50,594 nt of DNA, taken from Candidatus Aenigmatarchaeota archaeon (GTDB lineage: Archaea > Aenigmatarchaeota > Aenigmatarchaeia > GW2011-AR5). Both the position numbers and the translations under genes were made by a program. How positions within the stretch are numbered: the stretch's first letter is position 1; every line of letters begins with the position of its first letter. The notes below the pieces were generated by a model that did no database searches, was not told the DNA's origin, and was given only the letters and a program-made list of their open reading frames with translations. Below are positions 37,641-47,183 of the stretch, in pieces. The DNA is taken from assembly GCA_043799385.1 (NCBI GenBank), contig JAZDNV010000016.1, forward strand, positions 1 through 50,594. The letters run 5' to 3'.

Positions 37641-38756
37641 GTGAATTTTATGGTCCATACTTCTGCACCTGGAAAACAGATGTTAGCTGGCGAGTGGTCA
37701 GTCCTCGAGTTAGGTAATCCGTGCATAGTTGCCGCAGTAAACAAAAGGGTTCATGTGGAGATAGAAGAAAGCGAAGAGATTAGCATAACTGTCGATGATT
37801 TCAACATCAAGGACGTAAAAGCTGATTTTAATGGCAAGCAGCTAGCTTGGAAAAATGCAGATGACAAGGAAAAGGAAAAACTTATTTTTATCAAAGGAGC
37901 AATAGAAACAGCGTTGCAGTATCTTGGCGACTACAAGTCTTTCAAGCTGAGGAGCTGGGGGGAAGAGTCGCAAATTGTAGTAGATGGTGTTGCAAAAAAA
38001 GTCGGTTTCGGATCATCTGCAGCGTGTGTTGTTGCAACGGTGTCTGGGTTATTGAAGTTCAATGGTTATGATATTGATTGTAGAGAGTCCAATGATATAA
38101 TATATAAGTTATCAACAATCGCCCATTACTTTGCCCAGGGTAAAGTAGGAAGCGCATTCGACGTGGCCGCATCCACTTATGGCGGTGCAACCGTTTACAA
38201 GAGATTCGATCCAATCTGGTTGACAAAACGAATAGAATCAGAAACCGTCAAGAAGATAGCAGAAGAAGACTGGCCATACTTTTTTGTCGAGGAACTTAAG
38301 GTTTCAGATGATTTTATTCTTTTAGTTGGTTGGACAAAAGAATCAGCAAGCACGTCTGCTATGGTAAAACAGATGGATAATTTCAAGAATAACGACTTCA
38401 ATGAATACAAGAGGATATACGACGGTATATCAAAACTCGTTTGTGAGCTTATAGACGCATGGAAGGTAAATGATCAAGAAGAAATTCTGGCTCTGATAAA
38501 AAAGAATGAAGAATATCTCAGGGAGTTAGGGCAAAAAAGCGGGGTAAACATAGAAACGAAGGAACTCAAGCAGCTAGTTGATATAGCCAATGAGAATGGA
38601 GCAGCAGGAAAGCTCTCCGGAGCAGGAGGCGGAGATTGCGGAATTGCTGTATGCTTCAGTAGCGATGTTGTAGAAAAAATAATAGAGGAATGGCAGAACG
38701 CAGGGCTCTACCCACTGGATGTAAGCATAGATTATGACGGGGTAAGAGAGGAATGA
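37641..38756 (+). CDS. Phosphomevalonate kinase (GHMP, Gram-positive MvaK2/ERG8 type)
   Basis: SAPGKQMLAGEWSVLE, KVGFGSSAA, AHYFAQGKVGSAFDVAASTYGG, KLSGAGGGDCG. Confidence 0.92.
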   Translation: MNFMVHTSAPGKQMLAGEWSVLELGNPCIVAAVNKRVHVEIEESEEISITVDDFNIKDVKADFNGKQLAWKNADDKEKEKLIFIKGAIETALQYLGDYKSFKLRSWGEESQIVVDGVAKKVGFGSSAACVVATVSGLLKFNGYDIDCRESNDIIYKLSTIAHYFAQGKVGSAFDVAASTYGGATVYKRFDPIWLTKRIESETVKKIAEEDWPYFFVEELKVSDDFILLVGWTKESASTSAMVKQMDNFKNNDFNEYKRIYDGISKLVCELIDAWKVNDQEEILALIKKNEEYLRELGQKSGVNIETKELKQLVDIANENGAAGKLSGAGGGDCGIAVCFSSDVVEKIIEEWQNAGLYPLDVSIDYDGVREE

Positions 38757-39277
38757 ACGAAATGCTAATTCTCGTCGACAAGAATGACAAGGAAATCGGT
38801 TTCGAGGAGAAGGAGAAATGCCATCTGAATCCGGCAAAACTGCACCGCGCTTTTTCAATATTCATTTTCAACCGAAAAAATGAAATGCTCGTGCACAAGC
38901 GAAGCACAAAGAAAAAAACATGGCCCGGATTCTGGACCAACGCCTGCTGCTCGCACCCACGAAAAGGCGAAACGACTGATTTTGCTGCGAAAAGAAGATT
39001 AAAAGAAGAGCTAGGATTTGCAACAGAGCTTAAGCAGATATCCAAATTCCAGTATGACGCCAAGTATGATGAAAAATACGGAGAAAATGAGTTCGATTAC
39101 GTTTTTGCCGGTTTTTATGATGGAAAGGTAAATGCTGACAAGAATGAAATTGATGAGTGGAAGTATGTCAATCTCGATGCATTACTGAAGGATATGAGGA
39201 ATGCGCCAGAAAAGTATACTCCGTGGTTCAAGATAGCGCTACCTAGAGTCGTAGATTATATTAAGAAGAACAATTAG
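38753..39277 (+). CDS. idi: Isopentenyl-diphosphate isomerase type 1 (Nudix fold)
   Basis: LHRAFSIFIF, WTNACCSHP, RRLKEELG, ENEFDYV, YTPWF. Confidence 0.95.
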   Translation: MNEMLILVDKNDKEIGFEEKEKCHLNPAKLHRAFSIFIFNRKNEMLVHKRSTKKKTWPGFWTNACCSHPRKGETTDFAAKRRLKEELGFATELKQISKFQYDAKYDEKYGENEFDYVFAGFYDGKVNADKNEIDEWKYVNLDALLKDMRNAPEKYTPWFKIALPRVVDYIKKNN

Positions 39278-39278
39278 C

Positions 39279-39461
39279 CTATTTTCCATGTCGCTTTATC
39301 CTTGTCACGTAACCGGCTATGCGATTCCTGTCGCGCTTCGAGCCGCCAAGATTAGCATCATTTACAATGGCTTTATTCCCTTCAAAATCGCCTTTACACT
39401 CCTTACTGTTCACTATCTGGAACGCAGCTCTCTTTATGTCCTTTGTCCTGATTCTTCCCAT
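39279..39461 (-). CDS. rps17e: 30S ribosomal protein S17e
   Basis: MGRIRTKDIKR...DFEGNK...SKRDRNRIAGYVTR. Confidence 0.95.
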   Translation of the reverse strand: MGRIRTKDIKRAAFQIVNSKECKGDFEGNKAIVNDANLGGSKRDRNRIAGYVTRIKRHGK

Positions 39462-39508
39462 GTTTATCGCCTATATCGCTTTTTAAATCTTCACAAAAAT
39501 TTAAATAC

Positions 39509-40462
39509 ATGATTGCAACAGTGGCAAAAACGCCCATCGGAGTATTCGCTTTCTCGGAGAAGGGTGAATTGTTATATTACAAGCTGTTTAGCAGGGACGC
39601 GGCAAAAGCGGTTGACGAGTTCCTGTCACCTGCTGAAAACCATATCACTGAGATGAAAGGATATGAGATAAAGGAAGACAGGTCCGGAAGGCTGATAAGA
39701 AAGAAAATGCGCGAGTATGCGATTGATTTAGGCTTCGTAAAGAATGATAGCGAGTTAAACGTTTTTCTTTCTGGCTTTGCCCTGATATTGTCGAAAAAGA
39801 GGATGAAAATCATTATTGGTCGCGATCGTTTGGTCGTGCAGGCCAGCAATGCTCTCGACGACTTGAATAAGATACATAACCTTTTGCTAGAGAGATTGCG
39901 AGAATGGTATTCTCTGCATTACCCGGAGTCAAGACCTGATATTGAAAAAATAATCAAATACGGCAGGCGCGAGAATTTCCCAGATTTCCAGGAATCCACG
40001 GGCATCGAAATAAATGGCAATGACGAGCGCATACTGAAAGATTATGCATTGATGATAAAGGATGTTTCTGAAAAAAAGAACGAAATCGAACGTTATGTCA
40101 AGGAATCAATGAAGGAGATAACGCCGAACGTATCTTCGCTGCTCGAGCCGCTGCTGGCTGCGCGTTTGCTGGCCCTGGCAGGCTCGCTGGAACGATTGGC
40201 CAAGATGCCGTCTTCGACTATACAATTACTGGGCGCGGAAAAAGCATTGTTCCGTCATCTGAAGAAGCAGGGACGCTCACCGAAGTACGGTTTGATATTT
40301 ATGGATTCTCACATACAGAACGCTAGAAATGAGAACAAAGGCAAGATAGCGCGATTGCTTGCTGCAAAGCTTATGCAGGCGGCAAAGATAGACTTTTATT
40401 CCGGACGCTATGAGGAGAAATTAAAAAAAGAATTGGAAGAAGAGATAAAGGCGGTAAAATGA
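39509..40462 (+). CDS. nop5: Box C/D RNP scaffold Nop5 (Nop56/58)
   Basis: ERLREWYSLHYPE, LAKMPSSTIQLLGAEKALF, PKYGLIF, GKIARLLAAK. Confidence 0.95.
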   Translation: MIATVAKTPIGVFAFSEKGELLYYKLFSRDAAKAVDEFLSPAENHITEMKGYEIKEDRSGRLIRKKMREYAIDLGFVKNDSELNVFLSGFALILSKKRMKIIIGRDRLVVQASNALDDLNKIHNLLLERLREWYSLHYPESRPDIEKIIKYGRRENFPDFQESTGIEINGNDERILKDYALMIKDVSEKKNEIERYVKESMKEITPNVSSLLEPLLAARLLALAGSLERLAKMPSSTIQLLGAEKALFRHLKKQGRSPKYGLIFMDSHIQNARNENKGKIARLLAAKLMQAAKIDFYSGRYEEKLKKELEEEIKAVK

Positions 40463-41106
40463 AAGAGATATTTTCAGGCGTTTTTGTTGATGGAAAAAAA
40501 CTATATACAATGAACTTGGTTCATGGCAGCAGCGTATATGGCGAAAAACTGGTTAAGCATGATGGCAAAGAATTGCGCGAGTGGGTTCCGACGAGAAGCA
40601 AACTCGCGGCGGCATTGCTAAATGGCCTGAAAGAATTGAACACAGGAAAGCGGATTATGTATCTTGGTGCATCGACTGGCACGACTATATCGCACGTATC
40701 TGATATTGTTGGTGAAGACGGAGTCGTTTATGCCATCGAGTTTGCCGAGCGCGTGTTTAGGAACTTGGTGGAATTATGCAAAAAGAGAAAAAACATAGTC
40801 CCTATTCTTGCAGACGCTAGGAAGCCAGAAGAGTACTATTGGGCCGAGGAATGCGATATGGTTTACTGCGATATCGCTGATCCCCAGGAAACGGAGATAG
40901 CGATGCGCAACGCAAATGAATTCTTGAAGAAAGGAGGATATATTATGATTGCAATAAAATCGCAGAGCATAGACGTCACAAAAAAGCCGTCGCAAGTCTA
41001 CAAAGAGGAGAGGGAAAAATTAGTGAAAGCTGGCTTTAGCGTTCTGCAATCAGTGGATTTGGAGCCGTACGAGGAAAAGCATTGCATGATAGTGGCGAAG
41101 AAATAA
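40459..41106 (+). CDS. flpA: Fibrillarin-like 2'-O-methyltransferase
   Basis: VYGE, REW.P.RSKLAAA, YLGASTGTTISHVSD, NIVPILADA, LEPYEEKH. Confidence 0.97.
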   Translation: MKEIFSGVFVDGKKLYTMNLVHGSSVYGEKLVKHDGKELREWVPTRSKLAAALLNGLKELNTGKRIMYLGASTGTTISHVSDIVGEDGVVYAIEFAERVFRNLVELCKKRKNIVPILADARKPEEYYWAEECDMVYCDIADPQETEIAMRNANEFLKKGGYIMIAIKSQSIDVTKKPSQVYKEEREKLVKAGFSVLQSVDLEPYEEKHCMIVAKK

Positions 41107-42126
41107 TTATTTCAGAGCTTCCACGAGATTCTCCTTGAATGTTTCCCAGTCCTTTATGTTTAATGTCGCTCCTGCTGCTTGTTCGTGGCCGCCGACTGAC
41201 GCCTTGATATTTCTCGATATTCTTTTGAATATCCTGGCTATATCGATATTCTTGCTCCTGGCGCTCGCATTGAGCTTGCTTCCTATCTTCTGGTACACTA
41301 ATACCAGTTTGCTTGGGTTTTTTTCGCTCAGCCTCTTGGCTATCTCCGATCTTATGTTGTAATGCGATTTGAGGTTGTAGAAGATGATGTCTCCGATTTT
41401 TTCGCTGTTTTCTGCATCCAGCATCACTTCGCTGATTTCTTTTTCTACCAGCTGGAAAGATTCTATGAATTTTTCAACGCCGACCAGATCCTTCGGGTCC
41501 TTCACCTTTCCGACGAGATTCGCTATTTCCTCAGACGTAAGCGCTTTCGTCGCCTTTGCTGCAGATATCATATCAGCGATTTTTGCAAACAGCGAATCGT
41601 ATAAGTCTTCTATTGAGTATCTCTTTTTTATCTCCTCTACCAGATCTTCCGAGTCCTCTATATTGTAATCGCCTATGATGCCTGTCGCTGCTATCCACAG
41701 GAATTCTTCTGCATTGAATAATTCTGATAATATTTTGTATACAAGATATGAAGCCGACTGGTATATCTTCGGATTCTTGAACCTCGGATTATAGTGCACG
41801 ATTCTTGATGAATTCATGTTCCTGGAAATCTGGTGATGGTCAATGATGAGAATGTTTGCAATGTTCGATAATTTTGTTATCACGTTGCTCTGCTGATCGA
41901 CTGCCAGGTCGAGAAATATTATCTTTGTCGGTATCGTGGTCTGGATTTTTCTGAAAAGATTCTTGTCCGTCGGCATCGGCTGCGATATTATCAACGAATC
42001 TTTTCCTATGCTTTCTAGGAATTTGTTCAGCAATGCGCATGCGCACATGCCGTCGGCATCATTATGGAAAACTATGACTACCTCATCATTCTTCTTGATA
42101 TTTTTCAGGAATTCTACAACACTCAT
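41107..42126 (-). CDS. DHH/DHHA1 family phosphoesterase (RecJ/GAN-like)
   Basis: HNDADG, IIDHH, SAR...GGHEQAAG. Confidence 0.92.
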   Translation of the reverse strand: MSVVEFLKNIKKNDEVVIVFHNDADGMCACALLNKFLESIGKDSLIISQPMPTDKNLFRKIQTTIPTKIIFLDLAVDQQSNVITKLSNIANILIIDHHQISRNMNSSRIVHYNPRFKNPKIYQSASYLVYKILSELFNAEEFLWIAATGIIGDYNIEDSEDLVEEIKKRYSIEDLYDSLFAKIADMISAAKATKALTSEEIANLVGKVKDPKDLVGVEKFIESFQLVEKEISEVMLDAENSEKIGDIIFYNLKSHYNIRSEIAKRLSEKNPSKLVLVYQKIGSKLNASARSKNIDIARIFKRISRNIKASVGGHEQAAGATLNIKDWETFKENLVEALK

Positions 42127-44897
42127 ATTTTCTCAATCCCGATGACTATTTTTCTATCATCAAATGCAAGCTCGTCGGTCTTTCCGGAAACTTTGCCGAA
42201 CAATACCTTTTTTGCTCCGACTTCATTCATGATTTCTTTTTCAAATTTTTTCATTTCATCGCATCCGTTAAGTGTAAGTATTATCTCATCCTTTATCACC
42301 AATTTCTCGTTCTTCCGCATCTCCTGAACCTTCCGTATCACTTCGCGCAGCAACGCTTCCTCCCTAAGCGATTCATCCATTTCTATATTCAGGAATACAT
42401 TCTCATTGTCAAATTCTTTGCATACTTTCAGTCGCGATTCGCCGTATCCGATGTTTTTGACGTTGCACATGTTTCTGAGAATACATTCAAGTCCGGAAAG
42501 ATTTTTTGTTATTATGATTTCCTTCAGCGGCCACTTGAGCTTTATGTTGTTCTCCTTTCTCATCGTATTTACAAGCTCGACGACCTTTTTCGCGACTGTC
42601 ATTTTTTCCTCCAGATTCCTGTCTATCATCTTTTTGTTCGGTTTCGGCCAGTCGCACAAGTGCACGGACTTCTTTTCTTTCAATATATTCCGGTAAACGT
42701 ATTCCGAGAATAGCGGGCAGAACGGTGCGAGCAACGTTGCAAGACTTTTGCTGACTTCGTATAGCGTATGCAGAGCTGCATCGTCCTTTTTATTGCCTAT
42801 CCAAACTCGGTCACGTATAATTTTTATGTACCACCTCGAGAAGTCATTAACTGTAAAGTCTCGTATATCGACCGCGGCTTTATGGCCGTTGTATTCCTCA
42901 AGATTTTTTGTGCAGCTTTCGATTAGCGAATTCAGCCGCGAGAGGAGCCATCTGTCTTCTGCCATGAGTTTTTTCTTTTTTCCTTTGCCTCCATACGTCT
43001 TGACGAAGTTGAACGAGTTCTCCATTATTATGAAAGCCTTTGCCACGTCTGCAATCTCGTTCCAGCTGAAATAGAAATCGTCCCACGGAGGCGATGACAA
43101 AAGATAAAGGCGCAGAATGTCGCGACTGTATTTCTTTACGATCTCGTCTGGCGTTACGACGTTGCCTTTGCTCTTCGACATCTTTATTCCGTGCGCATCG
43201 AGAACGAAACCGTGGAACAGGATATTCTTGAAAGGCGCACGATCAAATGTTATCACGCTCGTTATCAGCTGCGAGTTCCACCAGCCTCGAATCTGGTCAG
43301 GCCCCTCTGTCTGGAAGTCGGAAGGCCACATCTTCTTGAATAATGCCTTGTTTTTAGGATAGCCAAGCGACGCCCAAGACGCCAGTCCGGAATCGAACCA
43401 GACGTCTAATACGTCAGGTATTCTTTTCATCTTCTTTCCGCACCTGCATTTCATCTCTATCTTATCGATATAGGGTCGGTGGAAATCTTTTGGCACGCGC
43501 GGTAGCTCTTTGCGCGAGCCGATAACTTTCGTCGCACCGCATTCGCATCTCCATATAGGCAGCGGGATGCCCCAATAACGCTGACGTGAAATAGGCCAGT
43601 CGCTAAGATTTTCAAGCCAGTTATCAAAACGGTTCTTTGCCCAGTCAGGGTACCAGTTGACCTTTTTATTTTCATCGCGCAATTTCTTCCTCATCTTTGT
43701 GACAGCGAAAAACCATTGCGGCACCGACAGCTGCAGTAGCGGCGAATCGCAGCGCCAGCACATAGGATAATCGTGCACGACCTTCTCCTCATGCAATAGC
43801 AAACCGCGGTTTTTTAATTCGTCCAATATTTTTCTGTCAGCAGACTTCACGAACATGCCTGCATATTCGCCGCATTCTTCATTGTATACGCCCTTCAGGT
43901 TCACAGGCGATATTACTGATAAGCCCTTTTCTTTACCGACTCTGTAGTCCTCCTGGCCGTGGCCAGGTGCAGTATGCACCAATCCCGTTCCTTCTTCTAA
44001 AGAAACGAACTGCTCGGAGAGAACGACACGATGCTTAACGTCTTTGAGAAATGAAAATATATCCTTCAGCGGATGCTCGTATTCTAAGTTTTCCAATTCT
44101 ATTCCAGTAATTTTTTCAACAATATGATAATCAACGCATCCTATTTTTTCCATTACTGCGCTAAGACGTTCGTTTGCAAGAATTAACGTTTCATCATTCG
44201 TTTTTACTTTAACATATTCCGCATTTGGATTAACCATTATACCTGTATTTGCCGGCAGAGTCCACGGCGTTGTCGTCCATATGACCAAGAAAGTATTATT
44301 GCCATTTTTAACCTGGAATTTTACAAATACAGACGGGTCAGAAACCTTCTTGTATTCTATTTCATTATACGCTACCGCAGTCTCGCAGTGCGGGCACACG
44401 TGCACAGGATATAGTCCGTGATAGAGCAAACCTTTTTCATACGCTATTTTGAATGTGTGCCACGCGCCTTCTATGTAGTCATTTGTTAACGTCAGGTACG
44501 GGTTCGACCAGTCCATCCAGACGCCCAAATCATCAAATTGCCCGTTCATTATATCAATATATTTTGTCGCGAATTTCCTGCACTCTAAAACGAATTTCTC
44601 AACGCCTATACGCTCGATGTCAGCCTTCGATCGCATGCCTAATTCTTTTTCCACCTTGTTCTCTATCGGCAATCCGTGCGTGTCGTATCCAGGCTGGTCC
44701 CAGACGCTATAACCGCTCATCCTCAAAAAGCGGATATAACAGTCCTTGAGTATCTTGTTCCATGCCGTGCCCATGTGTATCGAGCCGGTCGCGTAGGGCG
44801 GGCCGTCCAGGAAGTAGAATTTCCTGCCTTTGCGTTTCCTTGCCTTTTCGTAGATTTTCTGTTTCTTCCAGTATTCTTTTATCTCTAGTTCATTCAT
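42123..44897 (-). CDS. ileS: Isoleucine--tRNA ligase
   Basis: DGPPYATG.IHMG, WTTTPWTLP, GTGLVHTAPGHG, DWPISRQRYWG, KMSKS. Confidence 0.98.
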   Translation of the reverse strand: MNELEIKEYWKKQKIYEKARKRKGRKFYFLDGPPYATGSIHMGTAWNKILKDCYIRFLRMSGYSVWDQPGYDTHGLPIENKVEKELGMRSKADIERIGVEKFVLECRKFATKYIDIMNGQFDDLGVWMDWSNPYLTLTNDYIEGAWHTFKIAYEKGLLYHGLYPVHVCPHCETAVAYNEIEYKKVSDPSVFVKFQVKNGNNTFLVIWTTTPWTLPANTGIMVNPNAEYVKVKTNDETLILANERLSAVMEKIGCVDYHIVEKITGIELENLEYEHPLKDIFSFLKDVKHRVVLSEQFVSLEEGTGLVHTAPGHGQEDYRVGKEKGLSVISPVNLKGVYNEECGEYAGMFVKSADRKILDELKNRGLLLHEEKVVHDYPMCWRCDSPLLQLSVPQWFFAVTKMRKKLRDENKKVNWYPDWAKNRFDNWLENLSDWPISRQRYWGIPLPIWRCECGATKVIGSRKELPRVPKDFHRPYIDKIEMKCRCGKKMKRIPDVLDVWFDSGLASWASLGYPKNKALFKKMWPSDFQTEGPDQIRGWWNSQLITSVITFDRAPFKNILFHGFVLDAHGIKMSKSKGNVVTPDEIVKKYSRDILRLYLLSSPPWDDFYFSWNEIADVAKAFIIMENSFNFVKTYGGKGKKKKLMAEDRWLLSRLNSLIESCTKNLEEYNGHKAAVDIRDFTVNDFSRWYIKIIRDRVWIGNKKDDAALHTLYEVSKSLATLLAPFCPLFSEYVYRNILKEKKSVHLCDWPKPNKKMIDRNLEEKMTVAKKVVELVNTMRKENNIKLKWPLKEIIITKNLSGLECILRNMCNVKNIGYGESRLKVCKEFDNENVFLNIEMDESLREEALLREVIRKVQEMRKNEKLVIKDEIILTLNGCDEMKKFEKEIMNEVGAKKVLFGKVSGKTDELAFDDRKIVIGIEKI

Positions 44898-44910
44898 ACT
44901 ATCATCCTTG

Positions 44911-44981
44911 ATACTGACAACTTAAGAGATATTAACATGCTTTGCAGTTAATACCTCATAGTATTGTTAAGTTGTCAGTAT
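44911..44981. mobile_element. About 71-bp MITE-like element in the ileS 5' region
   Basis: 15-bp TIR ATACTGACAACTTAA/TTAAGTTGTCAGTAT; flanking direct repeat ATCATCCTTG at 44901-44910 and 44983-44992; internal hairpin; ends ambiguous by 1-2 nt. Confidence 0.8.
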
Positions 44982-45026
44982 AATCATCCTTGATTTTTAC
45001 GTTTAAATCTATTGCAGAATTAGCAT

Positions 45027-47183
45027 TTATCCGCAGGCGCTGGCACTATCCTCGCCGCCAAGTTTACCTTTCCTCAGAACAAGATGCACGTGGCAGTCGT
45101 CTTCACCGATGTCCGCTTCTGCCTTGCATTTGCCGACTGTGCCGATAACCTCGCCTTTCTCAATGTGCCTTGTTTTGAACGCGCCTTGCTCACGGCCTTC
45201 AAAGTCTATGCAGCCGTAATCAAATTCGTATTCTGACCAGTCATTCTTGTCGTCCTTGCAGTTCTCAAGCTTGTATATTCTGAGCCCCATGCTTCCGCCA
45301 GACGCAGTACCGCCGAATACCGAATCGCCTGTTAGCCCTGGACCGATTCCCTCTATTGTGCCGCTGCACGCAGCCTTGACAGGAGTTCCGCACGGCGCAG
45401 TGATATCTACTGCCCTGTGCTTTTCATTGAAGTTCATCAGGCACTTTCCGCCTTCGACAGGGTTAAAAACTCCGCCAAGTATTTGGCCAGTCTTTTCTGC
45501 CTCCTTCTTTGTTTCCTTGTCTGTTTTCAGTATTCCCAATGGCGGCATCAGCTGGACGATTCTCTTCTTTTTCGGTAAAAACGTATAATCAATCAGCTCA
45601 GCGGTTATCAAGTCAGTTTTTGATGTATCTGCTTTGCTCGTTGTGAACTCGCAATAGATTGAGTATATTGTCTTGTATTCATAGGCGATTATGCTGACTT
45701 CCTGCTCTAAAGTTAGCGTTGTCGTTTCGCCATCCGTCTCCTGCTTAACGTCTTCAGAGCATTTCAGCCCGTTGCCGATGCTCTTTGGCAGGTTGATTTT
45801 TATTTTTGTCCCGCGCGGCAACTTTACATCTCCGTCATCCCTCATGTTAAGGACAGATAAGATAATCATTGTATTCTCCTGGCTGTCATAGAGCGGCTGA
45901 GGACCGACGTTAATCGATAATTGAGCTGGAGTAACTTTTCCTATAGCCTGGACAGGCTTGTAGATGTTGCCCTGCTCACGATATCGTCGCTCCCGCTCGG
46001 CTTCGCTTGCTATCTCCACGCGCAGCGATGAGTTCGTCGAGTATTTGTAGCTTGTTGTTATAGTCACGGTAGCAGAACGCGGCTCTGCTTCTCTTCCTGC
46101 TTCACTAGTCGGCAGCGTCGGCTCGATGTAGCTGAAACTCACCATGTCGCCCTCGCCAGGCATGAGTTTATCCTTGCTTTTTGTCGGCTTCGCCTTGCTG
46201 TCATCCTGCTTGCAGTTGCACCTTGGGATGCACTTGCATTCCTGCGTTACTTCCACGTCTTTTGCCATCTCTTCGCCCTTGTTTTCCATGAGAGCGAAGA
46301 TTGAGAAATACTGCTTTCGCTCAGCGGTCGATATTGAAACAGTCTCTGGCTGCGCATAGAGGTCGGTTATTTCCAGGCCTTTTGGTATATCCAACGGCTT
46401 TTCCGGCCTAACGTTCTTCAGTTGCTGCCTTGCATAGTATTCAGTCGGGTCAGTTGCAAGATACCAGACATCCTCGATGTTTGTGCTCACCGCTTTCCAT
46501 GCGAGAACGAGCGGCGGCTTTATCTGGTCAATAGTGTTCCTGTAGTATACGCTGTACGGTCCCAAGGCAACGTAACCGAACAACAAAATCAGCACGGATA
46601 ACTGGAATATGAACATGAACCCGCCTGTGTGGTAAAATTGAAATACACCTATGAATATCGCGACTGCCGTCCATATCACCCAGAAAAGGACCATGGGGTA
46701 TTCTAGCAATGTCTCAGGCCCCATTATCGAAACCATCAGGATCAGCGTGCTGAAGCCTATCAACATCCCAGATACTATATGCGTTAGCCAGTCCATCGGG
46801 TTTTTTGACGCCTCCATGTTTAGTATAAACACAAGAAGACCGAGGACTATCGGTCCAACAAAAAAAGCAGGCATTGAGGCATAAACAGCAACATAAGCGC
46901 CTATCATTATCCACTGCAAAAATACAAGTAGACCGCCAATAAGCCATGGGCCGAATATAAGCGTCCTGATGTTGTCAAAGAACAGGTGCCATGTGTCAGC
47001 CCATGTCATCGCGCCGCTTGAGAAGTCAGCCATACGGTTTGTGAAAAGCCTGAACTTTCCCCAAGCTCTTCTTGCGCCATCCCTGTATAGGTTGCCATAG
47101 GCATAAGCCAATCTATCTGCTTCTTCCCTAAGACTTGATTCTATGAAATTTCTATCGCTCTCGCTAACCATTAAAAATTTCAC
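45027..47183 (-). CDS. Polytopic membrane protein with Ig-like ectodomain and C-terminal M23-like peptidase domain
   Basis: About six N-terminal TMs; HRAVDITAPCGTPVKAACSG (HxxxD), KGEVIGTVG, HVHL (HxH). Confidence 0.78.
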   Translation of the reverse strand: MKFLMVSESDRNFIESSLREEADRLAYAYGNLYRDGARRAWGKFRLFTNRMADFSSGAMTWADTWHLFFDNIRTLIFGPWLIGGLLVFLQWIMIGAYVAVYASMPAFFVGPIVLGLLVFILNMEASKNPMDWLTHIVSGMLIGFSTLILMVSIMGPETLLEYPMVLFWVIWTAVAIFIGVFQFYHTGGFMFIFQLSVLILLFGYVALGPYSVYYRNTIDQIKPPLVLAWKAVSTNIEDVWYLATDPTEYYARQQLKNVRPEKPLDIPKGLEITDLYAQPETVSISTAERKQYFSIFALMENKGEEMAKDVEVTQECKCIPRCNCKQDDSKAKPTKSKDKLMPGEGDMVSFSYIEPTLPTSEAGREAEPRSATVTITTSYKYSTNSSLRVEIASEAERERRYREQGNIYKPVQAIGKVTPAQLSINVGPQPLYDSQENTMIILSVLNMRDDGDVKLPRGTKIKINLPKSIGNGLKCSEDVKQETDGETTTLTLEQEVSIIAYEYKTIYSIYCEFTTSKADTSKTDLITAELIDYTFLPKKKRIVQLMPPLGILKTDKETKKEAEKTGQILGGVFNPVEGGKCLMNFNEKHRAVDITAPCGTPVKAACSGTIEGIGPGLTGDSVFGGTASGGSMGLRIYKLENCKDDKNDWSEYEFDYGCIDFEGREQGAFKTRHIEKGEVIGTVGKCKAEADIGEDDCHVHLVLRKGKLGGEDSASACG

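Noticed and set aside
35591..39300. Mevalonate operon as an integrated element at tRNA-Val
   Set aside because: No integrase and no duplicated tRNA 3' end seen at the far boundary
44901..44992. The ileS-leader element being spliced out as a BHB intron
   Set aside because: Flanks of the stem do not form a 4-bp helix with 3-nt bulges
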